A stretch of DNA of 63,566 nucleotides, the filler included, from Asterionella formosa (lineage: Eukaryota), in assembly GCA_002256025.1 (NCBI GenBank). It is 12 parts of 12 records of this genome, joined end to end, with 100 filler letters (N's around TTAATTAATTAA, not from the genome) between each part and the next. Parts side by side here need not be neighbours in the genome. Positions count along the whole stretch, not along the records: positions 1 to 17,588 come from NKIB01004369.1; 11 more parts are not named here. One strand, written 5' to 3'. Of the stretch, positions 1 through 12,757 are shown in pieces. A program made the position numbers and the translations under genes. Within the stretch, counting starts at the first letter, position 1. The number at the start of each line of letters is the position of its first letter. The notes beneath the pieces were generated by a model. That model did no database searches, was not told where the DNA came from, and saw only the letters and a program-made list of their open reading frames with translations.

Positions 1-2
1 AA

Positions 3-1847
3 GCACAAATTCATGTTCTTCAAAATCTTGTCCATGCATCGCTACTGGGTGGCGCTGGCTTCGTCGCTGCCTACCGGGGTGATATGGTGTGGCTCTTTTT
101 TGCTAGAAACTGTGCATTTTACTTTGGGCTAGCAGCAACGTCCTATTTAGTGGTGGATTTTATGTCACTGTTGAAGTATGGAGGAAGTTTTGACTTGATT
201 CTAAGATTGATCATATGTTTCTTCTTTACCCTGTCAACGGGGGTTGCCTTGTTTACGTTGGAGCACACGCGGCAAGTTGTCCGAAGGATACAGATTGCCC
301 ATTTTAATGGCCGCACGACAGATGGAACATTTCCGATGCCTCCGCATGTACCTGATACAGTGGGACAATATTCCAAGGCCAATTTCATGCATTTCATTTC
401 TTCTCTGGTTCAAGCAGTTTCTGTATTCTACACAATTTCAACCACTATGGAGTACCTATCATCGGAATACTGCCAACCGACAGAGGTTGCAGATATGCTG
501 AATTCGGTACGAATAGCTCCATTTGAAATGGCATACGGACTGGGAGCACATTTGTCGTTTCTATTGTCCTTGGTCTTCCTTGCGTCAACATTTCCCAAAT
601 GTAAATCAAGCGTTGGGGGAGCGATCATTGCATCTGGTTGGCGACTGCTTCTTGCGCTATCGTATATTTTGAACATTGTGTGTGTTCAATCATTCGATAA
701 AAACGACAGAAGGCAGATAACTGCCTTGCTATATTCTGTTGTGGACGCAATACTTATGCTTTCCATCCTTGTAACGGCAGGACTCCTCTTGCGCGAGATT
801 CAATCTAAATTTCCATCGTATACACTCGTTGATGTGACTGAGACCAATACAAAAGAATACTCCGGAAATATTGAAAGTTTTGCCGACAACGGATGTTTTG
901 AATGCGCATCACTCCTTCAAATCGCTGCTTTGCCGACAGTGTCCGACAGGCAACGGCAAGGTGCATATGCGCTATGGTTAAGTTCAATGTGCCTCTTTTG
1001 CACAATGACATTGGAATGCATCCTTCTCTTGGGCCAATTAGGGACATTTTCTGCTGAAATTGCATACGTTTGGGGTATGCATGTTTGTGCCATGTTTTTA
1101 TTCGTTTCACACATGAGTATATCTTGCTGTGATGTTTACCGACGGGCACGAATGTTATTATTTGTCGCATGTCCGTCTGGATCGATGATTGCACTCTGGC
1201 AATTGTGGAGGTTGAGCAGCTCACTTAGTTCTGATTGCTACACCGTCGGTAACGCTATTCTTTTGGTTTTGAGGGCATTGTTAGGATTGATACAAACATT
1301 TGGGCTGATACGCTTGGACAGTATTCCGTCCACGCTAGATATGATTGGGGCAAGGGAAGCGGTCCAATTTGAGGACCAATTGGTCCCATTTGTCAGGAAA
1401 TTGCTATACTTGGTTTATGTCCCATGCCTTGCTGTTTACGTCACTGTTGTTGCAAGTTTTTCTTCCTTTGCCCTACCATTAATATCGTTACCTGCCCCTT
1501 CTGAGTCTTGCCATGCTTCAAATGGGTTCATGCTTGCTCAGCACTGGCCAGGTTTGAGTCTTGCTTTCCACTTTGGAGGTTTGCTTGTTATTTTTGCAAG
1601 TGACGGGCTCTCTCCCAATAGATCATCGTACCCTCCCAGCTTAGTGATTGCCACATTATTTGCATTTCACATTGGTGTTCTTACCCTGGCAAGTAATGCC
1701 TGGGAATACGGACATTTGCTGTTTGTTGAGGGTGCAACACATCGTCACTGGGATGCCTATGCTGCACAAATTTCTCTGGCACTCTGGACTCTGTCCATTC
1801 TTTGGCTGTATCAAAATCTGCGAAAGATCTCAAAGATCTTGACTTGA
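3..1847 (+). CDS. Polytopic membrane protein of unknown function (5'-partial)
   Basis: Intronless ORF with many hydrophobic segments. The frame is open from position 3 (AQIHVLQNLVHASLLGGAGFVAAYRGDM...), so the true start probably lies left of the window. Confidence 0.75.
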   Translation, partial: AQIHVLQNLVHASLLGGAGFVAAYRGDMVWLFFARNCAFYFGLAATSYLVVDFMSLLKYGGSFDLILRLIICFFFTLSTGVALFTLEHTRQVVRRIQIAHFNGRTTDGTFPMPPHVPDTVGQYSKANFMHFISSLVQAVSVFYTISTTMEYLSSEYCQPTEVADMLNSVRIAPFEMAYGLGAHLSFLLSLVFLASTFPKCKSSVGGAIIASGWRLLLALSYILNIVCVQSFDKNDRRQITALLYSVVDAILMLSILVTAGLLLREIQSKFPSYTLVDVTETNTKEYSGNIESFADNGCFECASLLQIAALPTVSDRQRQGAYALWLSSMCLFCTMTLECILLLGQLGTFSAEIAYVWGMHVCAMFLFVSHMSISCCDVYRRARMLLFVACPSGSMIALWQLWRLSSSLSSDCYTVGNAILLVLRALLGLIQTFGLIRLDSIPSTLDMIGAREAVQFEDQLVPFVRKLLYLVYVPCLAVYVTVVASFSSFALPLISLPAPSESCHASNGFMLAQHWPGLSLAFHFGGLLVIFASDGLSPNRSSYPPSLVIATLFAFHIGVLTLASNAWEYGHLLFVEGATHRHWDAYAAQISLALWTLSILWLYQNLRKISKILT

Positions 1848-2380
1848 TGACAACAAATGTGGCCAAGAAACGTTTTCATGATTCCAAAGTAATCCATGTG
1901 TGTACTGCATTTTTGAGCCCCATAGCCCTATGATACCAGTACTCTCAAAGAAGGTTTGGTGGAAATTTTTTCACAGAAAGTCTTGCAAAAACCGTTTTTC
2001 ACTTTCACCATTGTATCATCATGTCTAGTAGGACACTAGATTGTCAATGAGCATCCAGCTAAGTCATTTGTTGGACAATAATATGACCGTTTGGGACATG
2101 CAACCTTCAAGACAGGTATTATGATTGTTTTTCTGTTTCATTGTACATGGTACCAGTAAGTTGCAGTCATTTTGATTGACTGGCCACATGGCAACTGTCA
2201 GATGTGTGTATGATTACCTATGTGAACAGATGAAATACTGAGTCTTAAAACTTTAATGCTTTTGAGTTGGCATGGTGCCATCACTTTTTCTATAAATAGG
2301 ATCACTTTGGCAGATGTAGAAAAATAATTTTGATTTGGCGGATAAAAAGGACTTTATTCAAATCAAGTAATGACCCAAAG

Positions 2381-2408
2381 TAAACTTTACTCAATTGAGT
2401 AAAGTTTA
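2381..2408. repeat. Perfect 28-nt palindrome at a gap edge
   Basis: TAAACTTTACTCAATTGAGTAAAGTTTA is its own reverse complement and ends 2 nt before the N gap. Confidence 0.85.
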
Positions 2409-3236
2409 TANNNNNNNNNNNNNNNNNNNNNNNNNNNNNNNNNNNNNNNNNNNNNNNNNNNNNNNNNNNNNNNNNNNNNNNNNNNNNNNNNNNNNNNNNN
2501 NNNNNNNNNNNNNNNNNNNNNNNNNNNNNNNNNNNNNNNNNNNNNNNNNNNNNNNNNNNNNNNNNNNNNNNNNNNNNNNNNNNNNNNNNNNNNNNNNNNN
2601 NNNNNNNNNNNNNNNNNNNNNNNNNNNNNNNNNNNNNNNNNNNNNNNNNNNNNNNNNNNNNNNNNNNNNNNNNNNNNNNNNNNNNNNNNNNNNNNNNNNN
2701 NNNNNNNNNNNNNNNNNNNNNNNNNNNNNNNNNNNNNNNNNNNNNNNNNNNNNNNNNNNNNNNNNNNNNNNNNNNNNNNNNNNNNNNNNNNNNNNNNNNN
2801 NNNNNNNNNNNNNNNNNNNNNNNNNNNNNNNNNNNNNNNNNNNNNNNNNNNNNNNNNNNNNNNNNNNNNNNNNNNNNNNNNNNNNNNNNNNNNNNNNNNN
2901 NNNNNNNNNNNNNNNNNNNNNNNNNNNNNNNNNNNNNNNNNNNNNNNNNNNNNNNNNNNNNNNNNNNNNNNNNNNNNNNNNNGCATGCATTCGCTTTGGG
3001 TTCACTCGTCGTGGTCGTCATATTTTCACTATACGGCGATTGTGGCCCTTGGCACTCCATTATTTCTGCTTCTGACACGGGTTTTCAGAGCGCTTTAGAC
3101 GAAGGACAAAACTAGACAGTGTAAAGATTGGTCAACTTACGAGGATTAGTCGACAAGATTCAGTCCTTGCAGCCTTTAAGAAGCAACATCCAGCAAGACT
3201 CCCTCCGCTCGATTTCCCTCTTTCGTCTCATTTATC

Positions 3237-5027
3237 ATGGACTCTGTTGCTCCAGTCACCTCGGTACCTCCTCCTATAAAGACTAAGAGGCGCATCAAAC
3301 GCATGTCGTCCGCCCACAATCCATTTGCTCCCTCCAAGAACGCCGGACCGACAGGTATTGAAATTGGACTCTTCATCAGTTTCGCAGTTGTCGCTCTCTA
3401 TATGTATGGTTTCTTTGCATCTATCCTATCTTTACCGAATACTCCATCGGGACTTGATGGGGTCCATCATATTGGAGGAAATCTCAATCTAGCTAAGGAA
3501 GAGTCTCCGGAGATCGATGCAACTCCTGAGCGCCTCGTGAAGAAGTTGCCTCCTGCTACTGAGGTAATCATTCCAAAAACAATTTGGCCCGCCTCTATCG
3601 CAAATGAGAACAACTTTGAGACGATTATTCATCCTGGTGACGGTAAAACCACAATGTCAGTCCCTCGACTCTGGTCTCTTCCTATTCATCAAGGAGGATT
3701 GATGTCAAGAGAGACAGCAATGAAAATCGGATCATGTGCGGAACCGGATGCAAAGGGAAGTCATGTGCGAGGAGAGGAGTGTCCGAATGATTTGCGTACC
3801 ATTTATTTGGCGATTGCTTCCTATCGAGACTTTCAATGCCGATTTACAGTAGAGTCAGCCTTTTTGCGAGCCAAGAACCCCAATCGTATCAGGGTTGGTG
3901 AGTTTGACGAAATCTTTGTTTAGTTCTTGATCAAGTCGTGATCTCACCCGCTGGTTGCATCACTCTTGATTTTTATGATAATGCGATTCTCCCCTCGCAT
4001 ATATACAGGCGTCGTTGATCAAATTATTGATGGTGACGACCCGCCGTGTAACGAGCCCATTGAACCCTGTAGCACGAACCCTACACAAGCCCTTTGTTTG
4101 TACCAGGATCAAATAGATGTTTACAAAATGGAAGCCCAGCTATCCATTGGACCGGTCTTTGCTCGACACCTTGGTCATCGAATCTACCGCGGTGAATATT
4201 ATTATACCCAATCCGACGCTCACGTCACATACACACAAGATTGGGATGCGGACATTATTTCCCAAATGGAATCAACTAAGAATGAAATGGCTGTCTTGAC
4301 CAGTTACTTGACAGATGTTCAAGGAAGCATTGACGAGAATGGAAAATCACTCCGAGATACACGCCCCATTATGTGCAATACGGATTATGAAGGTGGCAAT
4401 GAAGCACAACACTTGCGTCATGGGTCTCAACCAGAACGAAACCCAAGTATTAAAGGGTCCCCTCAGATGGAGCCGTATTGGGCGGCTGGTTATTCTTTTT
4501 CACGGGGCCACTTCGTTGTCAATGTCCCTTATGACGCATTTCAGCCAATGATTTTCCAAGGTGAAGAAATGAGCATTGGTATTCGAGGCTTTACGATTGG
4601 GTATGACTTTTACGCCCCAGAACGATCTGTCTGCTTTCACCATTATGCAGTGGGAAACAACGCCAAAGTACGCAACAAGGTACCGCACTATTGGGAAAAT
4701 GCTCGTACATATTCTGGTGTGGGAAAGAAAGCCATGGCTCGATTGCTGGGGATTGTTCACATGAATCCGGAAATAGATAGTGCTACATGGGATCACACGG
4801 ATGAAGAACTGTATGGCCTTGGTGGAGTTCGAACACCAGAAAAGTTTTATGAAACTTTTGGTATTGATGTTGTTAAGAAAAAAACAGAGCATCATCTGTG
4901 TCGATTTGTGGATTGGGGCGGTAAGATGCACACGGACTTCAACAAATTTCTTCGACCTGATGGTATGGGAATCGATTATAGTAAGATAACCTACAGGTTC
5001 AAAGATCCAGCTCCGGGTGAAAAGTAA
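3237..5027 (+). CDS. GT60-family polypeptide/hydroxyproline GlcNAc-transferase, type II membrane protein; 2 exons (intron 3898-4008)
   Basis: Motifs IASYRD, RIRVGVVDQ (formed by the GT-AG splice), GPVFARH, QSDAH, WAAGYSF and FQGEEM; N-terminal TM anchor IGLFISFAVVALYMYGFF. Confidence 0.85.
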
Positions 5028-5276
5028 GCGCGAGCCGTCAAAGATAAGAGATAGACTTTATTTCGCTTGTCCATATTTGCATTCAAATTTCGACTCGATT
5101 AGAGTTTAGGGACATCGCATACGAATTTATTTGATTGTCAATTGGAAGTCCTGCTTTTATATGGTGATCCTTGACTACCCGTACGATCTTGAGTTGGAGT
5201 TTACCGTTGACGTAGTATGAATCAATATGTGCTTTGTTGTTTATTAGAAGTGGCAAATAATAACTTTATTGGTCTG

Positions 5277-7263
5277 TTATGACACACATTCGTCAAATCC
5301 AAAGGAATCCTCCGAATTCATGGCTTGATTGGCAAGTTCGTCCGCACGTGCATTGAACTCTCTTCGAACATGTAGAATCTCAAAACTTTCAAATGCTTTT
5401 GATTCTTCTATGATTTCATCACGGATAATTTTCAATCGAGCCTCCTTCACTTTCCACTCTCCCTTGACTTGCTTTACAACCAGATTAGAATCACCTTCAG
5501 CAATCAGGTGATTCACTCCAAGGGATTTTGCACACTTAACACCAATTAGGAGCGCATTGTACTCGGCCTCGTTGTTTGTTCCTGCCTCCCCCAGGTACTT
5601 CCATCCACACCAGATTTCGTCATTTGTTTCGATGTCATACAAGACCATACCAGCACCACATTTTCCTGGATTTCCACGAGAACCACCGTCGAATTTCAAC
5701 AGGTAGGTTTTTTCGCCTTTAATTGGTGAATCAGTGGACAACTCGCGATCAGACGGCGGCAATGCAGTTTTTCGTGTGTCCTCGTTATGTCGCGATGCGT
5801 CAAGTTCCATGTTTTTGGTTGTTTCGCCTTTCATTCCCCATGATTCTTCCATGTCCATGGCGTGGTTGGCTAGTTCATCAGCTCGTTTGTTTTCTGCTTT
5901 GGGAATGTGTCGGCATTGAATGCTTTCAAAACCAGCCATTTCTTCCTTGCACTCCTGATAAACAAACTTGAGTTGCCTCGCATCGACTTGATACGTCTCT
6001 GAAATTTGTTGGATGATCATCTGCGAATCTCCTTCTACGATAAGTTTGGTAACACCAAATGATTTGGCGCACTGAAGCCCGATCAGCAGGCTTCTATATG
6101 ACGCAAAATCGTTGGTAACCATTTCTCCTTCATATTTCCAACCACACCAAACTTCATTCATAGTATTAAAATCATAAAGGACCATGCCAGCACCTAAGAC
6201 AGGAGAGAATAATCCAAACCACATGAGGTATGTGCCACCATAAAAAAAGGAAATGTTCCCTTTGTTTGTTTCAATAAACCGTAGGCTAGACAAAGCACGT
6301 ACCTGAAACTCCCTGATTTTCACGACTGCTGCTACCAAATTTAAGCAAATACGTTTGGCTAGGATCGATTGGATTGCTAGTAAATGCTCCATTATCCAAA
6401 TTTCTCAATATTGATTGAGGCTTGTTCAATATTTTGGTGCCGTCGCCCCCTTCCATTCCAAAAGAGCTTTTGGATGTCACGGCTCTTCGAGCTAATTCCA
6501 TCGATTTTGAGTTTTCCGTCGGTGAGAGCACAACGACGTCAACTGTCTTAAATTGTTCTTTCGCCGCCAAGGCCCTCACATAATAGGGTAGCAAAGTTTG
6601 ATTTGTGATTTCATGCTCCCCACTCAAATGTCCCAGCAGTACCGAATTGTCGGATGCCAGAATGAGCATGGTAACGCCATGTGCGTGAAGGAATTGTAGG
6701 CATGACGCAACGCCTCGAAACTCTGCCTCTAATCGGGTCGGGCTATTTCCGTTGTAATACTCGCGGGCACACCAGACTTCGGTTTGACTTTCCAAGTCAA
6801 AAAGAAGCAACCCACAGCCCGAAATCCCGGTCGGCTTGGTGGCGAATCCAGAAAAACGAAGTAGGTACGTTCGGTTCGAATCGAATTTGGAAGTTGAATG
6901 AGGGGCCGGCATCGTCGCTTTGCGTTTCGACAAGGTAATACTGTGCAGCAATCGACTAACGAGATCAGTTTTCAGGCCGCTCACATCCAATTCTCTTGCT
7001 TGCAGGTGTTCTCTTAGTTCTGCCACTCTCATTTTACGAACATCCGTGCTCGATAATAGCGGAAAATCTATCATATTCTTTGCGGATTGAAGAGTCGAGA
7101 AGCCCTGCTTTGAATACACTGTGCCCAATGGTTGCACAAGTCGCTTCCATTCCCCAACTTGTTGTCGCTTGCTCGATGAAAGGAAGAAAGCTCGACCAAT
7201 CGGCATCATGGTCAAACAAATAGTCAAACAGACATTAAGTCTCCTTATCGTGGAGTGAAGCAT
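5277..7263 (-). CDS. SAP domain + three tandem RNase HI-like domains, putative plastid presequence; 2 exons (intron 6194-6302)
   Basis: SAP motif MRVAELREHLQARELDVSGLKTDLVSRL. Splicing gives FGSSSRENQGVS|GAGMVLYD. The third domain has FDGGSRGNPG, NNEAEY, EGDS and NARADELAN. The N-terminus LNVCLTICLTMMPIGRA-FF resembles signal peptide + Phe; the start codon is inferred. Confidence 0.85.
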
Positions 7264-9635
7264 TGATCTGGGCGGAGCGTTGACGCTGGCCGCTATGGAT
7301 GATGACTTTTTCGGTTCCTGGTGTAGCAAATAATGCATATTCCGAGTTGATGGATAGTACTGGTACCTGGTAGACTCCACCGATGGTCTATAAATGATGC
7401 GAACCGTCGCCCGTCACAAACATCATGTACCGGCATCATGATAAATCACTTGCATTTCTGAAACTCGTCATCACCATCATTGCCACCAGGCAGCACCCGC
7501 CAAGCATTAGGTGACGGTTGCCTGATAATATAATTTTAGCTGAACATTTAGACAGATAGTTGCGGTTTATAGGAAATTTTGATNNNNNNNNNNNNNNNNN
7601 NNNNNNNNNNNNNNNNNNNNNNNNNNNNNNNNNNNNNNNNNNNNNNNNNNNNNNNNNNNNNNNNNNNNNNNNNNNNNNNNNNNNNNNNNNNNNNNNNNNN
7701 NNNNNNNNNNNNNNNNNNNNNNNNNNNNNNNNNNNNNNNNNNNNNNNNNNNNNNNNNNNNNNNNNNNNNNNNNNNNNNNNNNNNNNNNNNNNNNNNNNNN
7801 NNNNNNNNNNNNNNNNNNNNNNNNNNNNNNNNNNNNNNNNNNNNNNNNNNNNNNNNNNNNNNNNNNNNNNNNNNNNNNNNNNNNNNNNNNNNNNNNNNNN
7901 NNNNNNNNNNNNNNNNNNNNNNNNNNNNNNNNNNNNNNNNNNNNNNNNNNNNNNNNNNNNNNNNNNNNNNNNNNNNNNNNNNNNNNNNNNNNNNNNNNNN
8001 NNNNNNNNNNNNNNNNNNNNNNNNNNNNNNNNNNNNNNNNNNNNNNNNNNNNNNNNNNNNNNNNNNNNNNNNNNNNNNNNNNNNNNNNNNNNNNNNNNNN
8101 NNNNNNNNNNNNNNNNNNNNNNNNNNNNNNNNNNNNNNNNNNNNNNNNNNNNNNNNNNNNNNNNNNNNNNNNNNNNNNNNNNNNNNNNNNNNNNNNNNNN
8201 NNNNNNNNNNNNNNNNNNNNNNNNNNNNNNNNNNNNNNNNNNNNNNNNNNNNNNNNNNNNNNNNNNNNNNNNNNNNNNNNNNNNNNNNNNNNNNNNNNNN
8301 NNNNNNNNNNNNNNNNNNNNNNNNNNNNNNNNNNNNNNNNNNNNNNNNNNNNNNNNNNNNNNNNNNNNNNNNNNNNNNNNNNNNNNNNNNNNNNNNNNNN
8401 NNNNNNNNNNNNNNNNNNNNNNNNNNNNNNNNNTATTAGGGTAAATAACAGATCATCCAACTTTCTGGTTAAAAAAGATTGCCAAAAAATGATCATGGAA
8501 AGCAATAGCTATTTAGCTCTTTTGATCCTTCTTTTAGCATCAATATATCCTACTACTTAAAATTAATTTGATCATTCATTTTTCATCGTATTAATGATAT
8601 AGTTTATCATACTATGATTACCAATATACATTTATCGACCAAATAGGATTTAGACATCAAACTTTACAGATAAAACTTTGTGGTCTCGTAAATGATGCAT
8701 GAGTGCGTGCCTGTATAAAATATAGGTACTTATGGTGGGATGTTTCAACGTGACCGTGTTATTGCATACCCTCCATCACCTATAGATACCAATGTTAGGT
8801 TGTTTGTACGAAAACATGTTTTTGCATACTCTTCATCACCTAATGAATGTCAATTGATTGTGCGACTGTTGATTTTGTGGTGTGACGGTAAGCATTACAT
8901 AAATACATGTATGTATAAATTTTTACTAAACCATATTCTACGATTATAATTATTATACATATTAGATTCTTGCAAATCAATTATAAAACAGTTCGCCTGC
9001 CTGATCATTTGCTCCCCACTGAAATTAAATAGGCTAGTACAGTGGTTCCACGTACCGTATATCATTGAATTCTGTTTCCGGTACCTGGTACCACCTGCCT
9101 GGTTGACCACTTTGTCGTGCAGAAATGATCTGATGCACATTACGTACATATGGAATGTCATGAAGAGCGACTGACGTGGCTGGTGAAAAGAGATATTCTT
9201 GACGAGCTGGCCCACGTATGATGGTGGGCTTTGCTTTGTACTACAAGCATATAGAATGCAAGCATGATATTTACGTTGCAATACCAGGTACCAGGAATCA
9301 GATTGAGTACCAGGTACCAGGTGCTACCTGGTGGTACGGTATACCGGTCCGGTGCATATCGGTTTATAAGTTAATCGCTTCGTCGTCGAATATATAGAAT
9401 AATGAAGACTAAATCGAATATAGAATAATAACGACCAAAGTCGCCCTTTCCACGGCCTTCTCTTGTCACGCTGGGAGCGGAGCTATGTAGGGGGGAGGGG
9501 TTACTGCAGGTTATGACCCCTTCCTTGCCCGTTCTCTGTCGCTCCCGTGGAATTAACAACGGACGGTCATACCTCTCGAAAGAGAAGAATTTAAAGTCAG
9601 TCAGGGTATTTCACAAGGCGTTCATCATTGATTAA

Positions 9636-10403
9636 ATGAAGATGATTAGACCTTTGATTGCTTTGCTGGCAATTTTGCCAATTTCCGCTGCTTTCGCATC
9701 TAAGTTGAAAATCGCGAAGCCATTTGAGTTCTTCGCAACAACTCCTAGCAATGAGGAACGCCTCGATACCGAAAAATTCAACGAGGAGAAATGTATCTTT
9801 GGAACTTTCATAAACGCGGACGAACGTTTGGCTCAGTCGAAGTTTGCAATTTCTCCTCAAGAACTTGTGGAGCGAACCAAGGCGATTATGAGGAAACGAC
9901 CTTTGCTCGGTGAAGCTGAGACCCTAGCTGAAGATTTTGAGTTCTGTGCCCCGGTTGTTGGGCCTCTTAACAGGAAGCAATACCTCGATGCCTTGACGAG
10001 TTTCAAGCTGGAGGAAGCATTTGACATTGACAGTCAGGTATACAACATCCATGTGGATCCGTTTGACCAGAATAGAGTTTGGTTCCATGTCAGGCCCGTT
10101 GCTGTTCATGTTGGGGAATTCGTAGGTGCCAAGGCTACAGGCAAAACTCTCTTTCAACCTCCTCAAGTCAATTCTTTCACTTTCAATGAAAAAGGCCTGG
10201 TTACTCAGCTAACTGTTGGCTACGTCGTAGATAGAAGGATGGGTAACACAGGAGGGCTAGGTGCTGCCTTTGGTCTATTTTATGGCATTGGACGCCCTCT
10301 CCCCATCCCAGAATGCCAACCATTCAAACCCAGCTGGCAATTTCGACTCCTTAACTTTGTTGGCACTCTTTCAAACAAACTTAAGAAGTTGAAGGGGGAA
10401 TGA
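9636..10403 (+). CDS. Putative plastid-targeted SnoaL/NTF2-like fold protein
   Basis: Signal peptide ending ISAA-F; LAEDFEFCAPVVGPL and HVGEF..ATGK patterns resemble SnoaL-like folds; C-terminal GYVVDR..GNTGGLGA. Confidence 0.7.
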   Translation: MKMIRPLIALLAILPISAAFASKLKIAKPFEFFATTPSNEERLDTEKFNEEKCIFGTFINADERLAQSKFAISPQELVERTKAIMRKRPLLGEAETLAEDFEFCAPVVGPLNRKQYLDALTSFKLEEAFDIDSQVYNIHVDPFDQNRVWFHVRPVAVHVGEFVGAKATGKTLFQPPQVNSFTFNEKGLVTQLTVGYVVDRRMGNTGGLGAAFGLFYGIGRPLPIPECQPFKPSWQFRLLNFVGTLSNKLKKLKGE

Positions 10404-11095
10404 GGAACTGCATATCATTCCTTCAATTGAAACATAATAATTGGTTTTCCTGCAAATGAGCTGCGCAATTTAGGACTTCCTTTCAGATAAATTGATGTAA
10501 TGCAGGAAACCAGATTGATTGAAATACATACTAGTTTCTGAAATATCCATGAGGAGCACTAATCCTATGAATTAGCATGTTACTTCAAAAGTCTCATGTC
10601 ATGTGCTTCAAAATGCATATTGGATGTTGTGATGTATACAAATAAAACTGATTGTTTCCATTCATTCAGGGGCAGGAGTTCGATTATTGGATACATAGCT
10701 TTTTCGTACCAGGCACCAGTTACTGGGTTTCCCGGCTTGACAGGCTGATTTCAGTCTAGTCTCCCTTCGAGACCCAATATGAAAACATCGGCATACATTA
10801 GTTAGCTATTCATAAATCATGCTCCTACCTGACAATGTAACAGCGGTACATATGGCTTTAAATAGGGCAAGTCATAACAGAGATACAATTTAATTCTTAT
10901 TGTATCTTCAGAAAGAAAAATGAATCTTTACAGATATGTATTTCACAAATAGACGTCAGTAACGAAAAAAAGCTAGCCCTTTTTGTGTCTTGGCAAACAT
11001 GTGTATCAGCAAAATATAGCAGTGTGCACTTCAATTTTATAACCTGTCAGACAATCATCATTACTCAAAAAAGTGAGCAGTAACTATTTTGCAGA

Positions 11096-11430
11096 TGCGT
11101 TGGTGCTATAGATAGTTATTTACAGCAATTAAAAGAGATTATGATGACTTCCCTCAAGCATATTGGTCTGGGCATTATATGTCATATGGATTAAATGTTC
11201 AAGCTGTTTGTGACAGTAATTATTGTTTCCTATACTTTGGTCTTGTGGCACCAGGAAAATGTCCAGATCAGAAGTCATTTGAAAGGAAACAGCTCAAAGA
11301 GAATCAACAAACAAAGATGCATATAACCATTTTATTTCGCAACCACGAATTAGAATTGAGATGGCCTTCGGGATGCTCACCAATAAATGGAAGATCCTGA
11401 GGACATCCTTGTTCTTCAGCCTGAAGAAAT
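11096..11430 (+). pseudogene. Degenerate PIF/Harbinger DDE transposase fragment
   Basis: Broken frames give CVGAID, WSGHYMSYGLNVQAVCDSNYCFLY..APG and DAYNH..RIRIEMAFGMLTNKWKIL, which are DDE_Tnp_4 blocks. The middle is deleted and frameshifted. Confidence 0.8.
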
Positions 11431-11929
11431 CAGTTGGTATTCTTTCTGCTTTTTTGTTCACTCATGGATGATGATAAAAAGAAGGCACTTACTATTGGTT
11501 TTGAATTTCTGACTAAGTTGAAGTTTGTTGCAAAAACAAGCGCGAGTCAATTACAAGTGATGATTGCATAGTACATGAATGGGCTGATTGCTGTTGATCC
11601 CTCTTCCCAAAATTCTTTTCTGTTGTTGCCATTAGAGATAAAAATGGTGTCTTTGTTGATTAATTTAATTAGATGATGATGTACATTAAATTTTTAAAAT
11701 TAGTGTTGCTTAACGCTGTTTCTGCAGCGATACACACAGACACACATTTCAGAGCAACAAAAAATGTGAGCGTGGAAGCAAATGGCTGTGTGAGATACAA
11801 AAAATTGGGCTGAGCAACATATTTTTTATTTTTGTTTCTGCTCAGGCAAGACCTGCCCTTTTTATCCTTAGTGCATCCATTCACTGGGTCACCCATTGGG
11901 CATCAGTTCTCCTTCTTTTAGTGAAAAGC

Positions 11930-12655
11930 ACAAAACCAAGCTCTCAAACAAGCAGGCATACATGCCTGGCATGATAACAACTCCCCAGCTCTCTGGCCTT
12001 TTCCCCATCCTCTACTGATTCCCTCTCCACCTCTGTTCACACTGCTTTTTCTCAGCAAACCAAACAGGCTGGAACCACCTCTTCTGGGGTCATCTCCCTT
12101 ACATGTGGGGGTTATCTATGTATCTTTATCAGTCCCAATGGTTTCTGAATCATCACTATCTTCCCAACCAATGGATGTGACCAGATGTCTACTGCCTACA
12201 TTCATACTCCTCCGCTCAGTGGCTCGAGTGTAACAAGTTTGTACATGGAGCAACCATCCATGCCACTGCCATTAAAAGCACTCCGACCACCCTTATCTCT
12301 GCCATCACGAGCGACCCTAGCATACAATCACCCCAAGACCATCCCACATGATGAGCATGGCCACCTCATTGGCCTGCCTCTCTCCCAACATATCCAAAAA
12401 TCAGAATCACTCATGCGAGCCTGGCTGGCCCTGTATCACACTGGCCAGCATGGCCTCCACAGCGAACTCAAGCCTGACAAGCGCCGGCAAGGCACTATCA
12501 CTCAGTATCTCGTCTGTCGCACACAAAAACCTCGCACCCGTCCGAAGTTACCTACCAGGTACCAGAACTTGGTCACATCAATCGTATCCAGTGCTGCATC
12601 CCGCGCCCCATCAGTGCGACCCTTCGACCTCCACATTTTAGTCGAGTTTGCTTGA
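11930..12655 (+). mobile_element. Probable degenerate 3' end of a non-LTR retroelement ORF
   Basis: C/A-rich and frameshifted; fragments Q..GWNHLFWGHL..W and LPLSQHIQKS..LMRAWL resemble C-termini of diatom non-LTR RT proteins. No RT core is present. Confidence 0.4.
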
Positions 12656-12757
12656 AAGCGTACAATACAATTTTATTTTTCCCACTAATATATACCCACA
12701 ACAAGCGCACTGTGGAAGCCACAATCATTCTTACTGACACTCAGCAAGCAATCAATT

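Noticed and set aside
2302..3078. ORFs spanning N gaps (also 7560-8505)
   Set aside because: They are mostly X. A short minus-strand start near 3060 may be real but cannot be identified.
8757..9040. Two ~26-nt imperfect direct repeats 60 nt apart and a CTAG suggesting a Helitron end
   Set aside because: No convincing subterminal hairpin; too weak to call.
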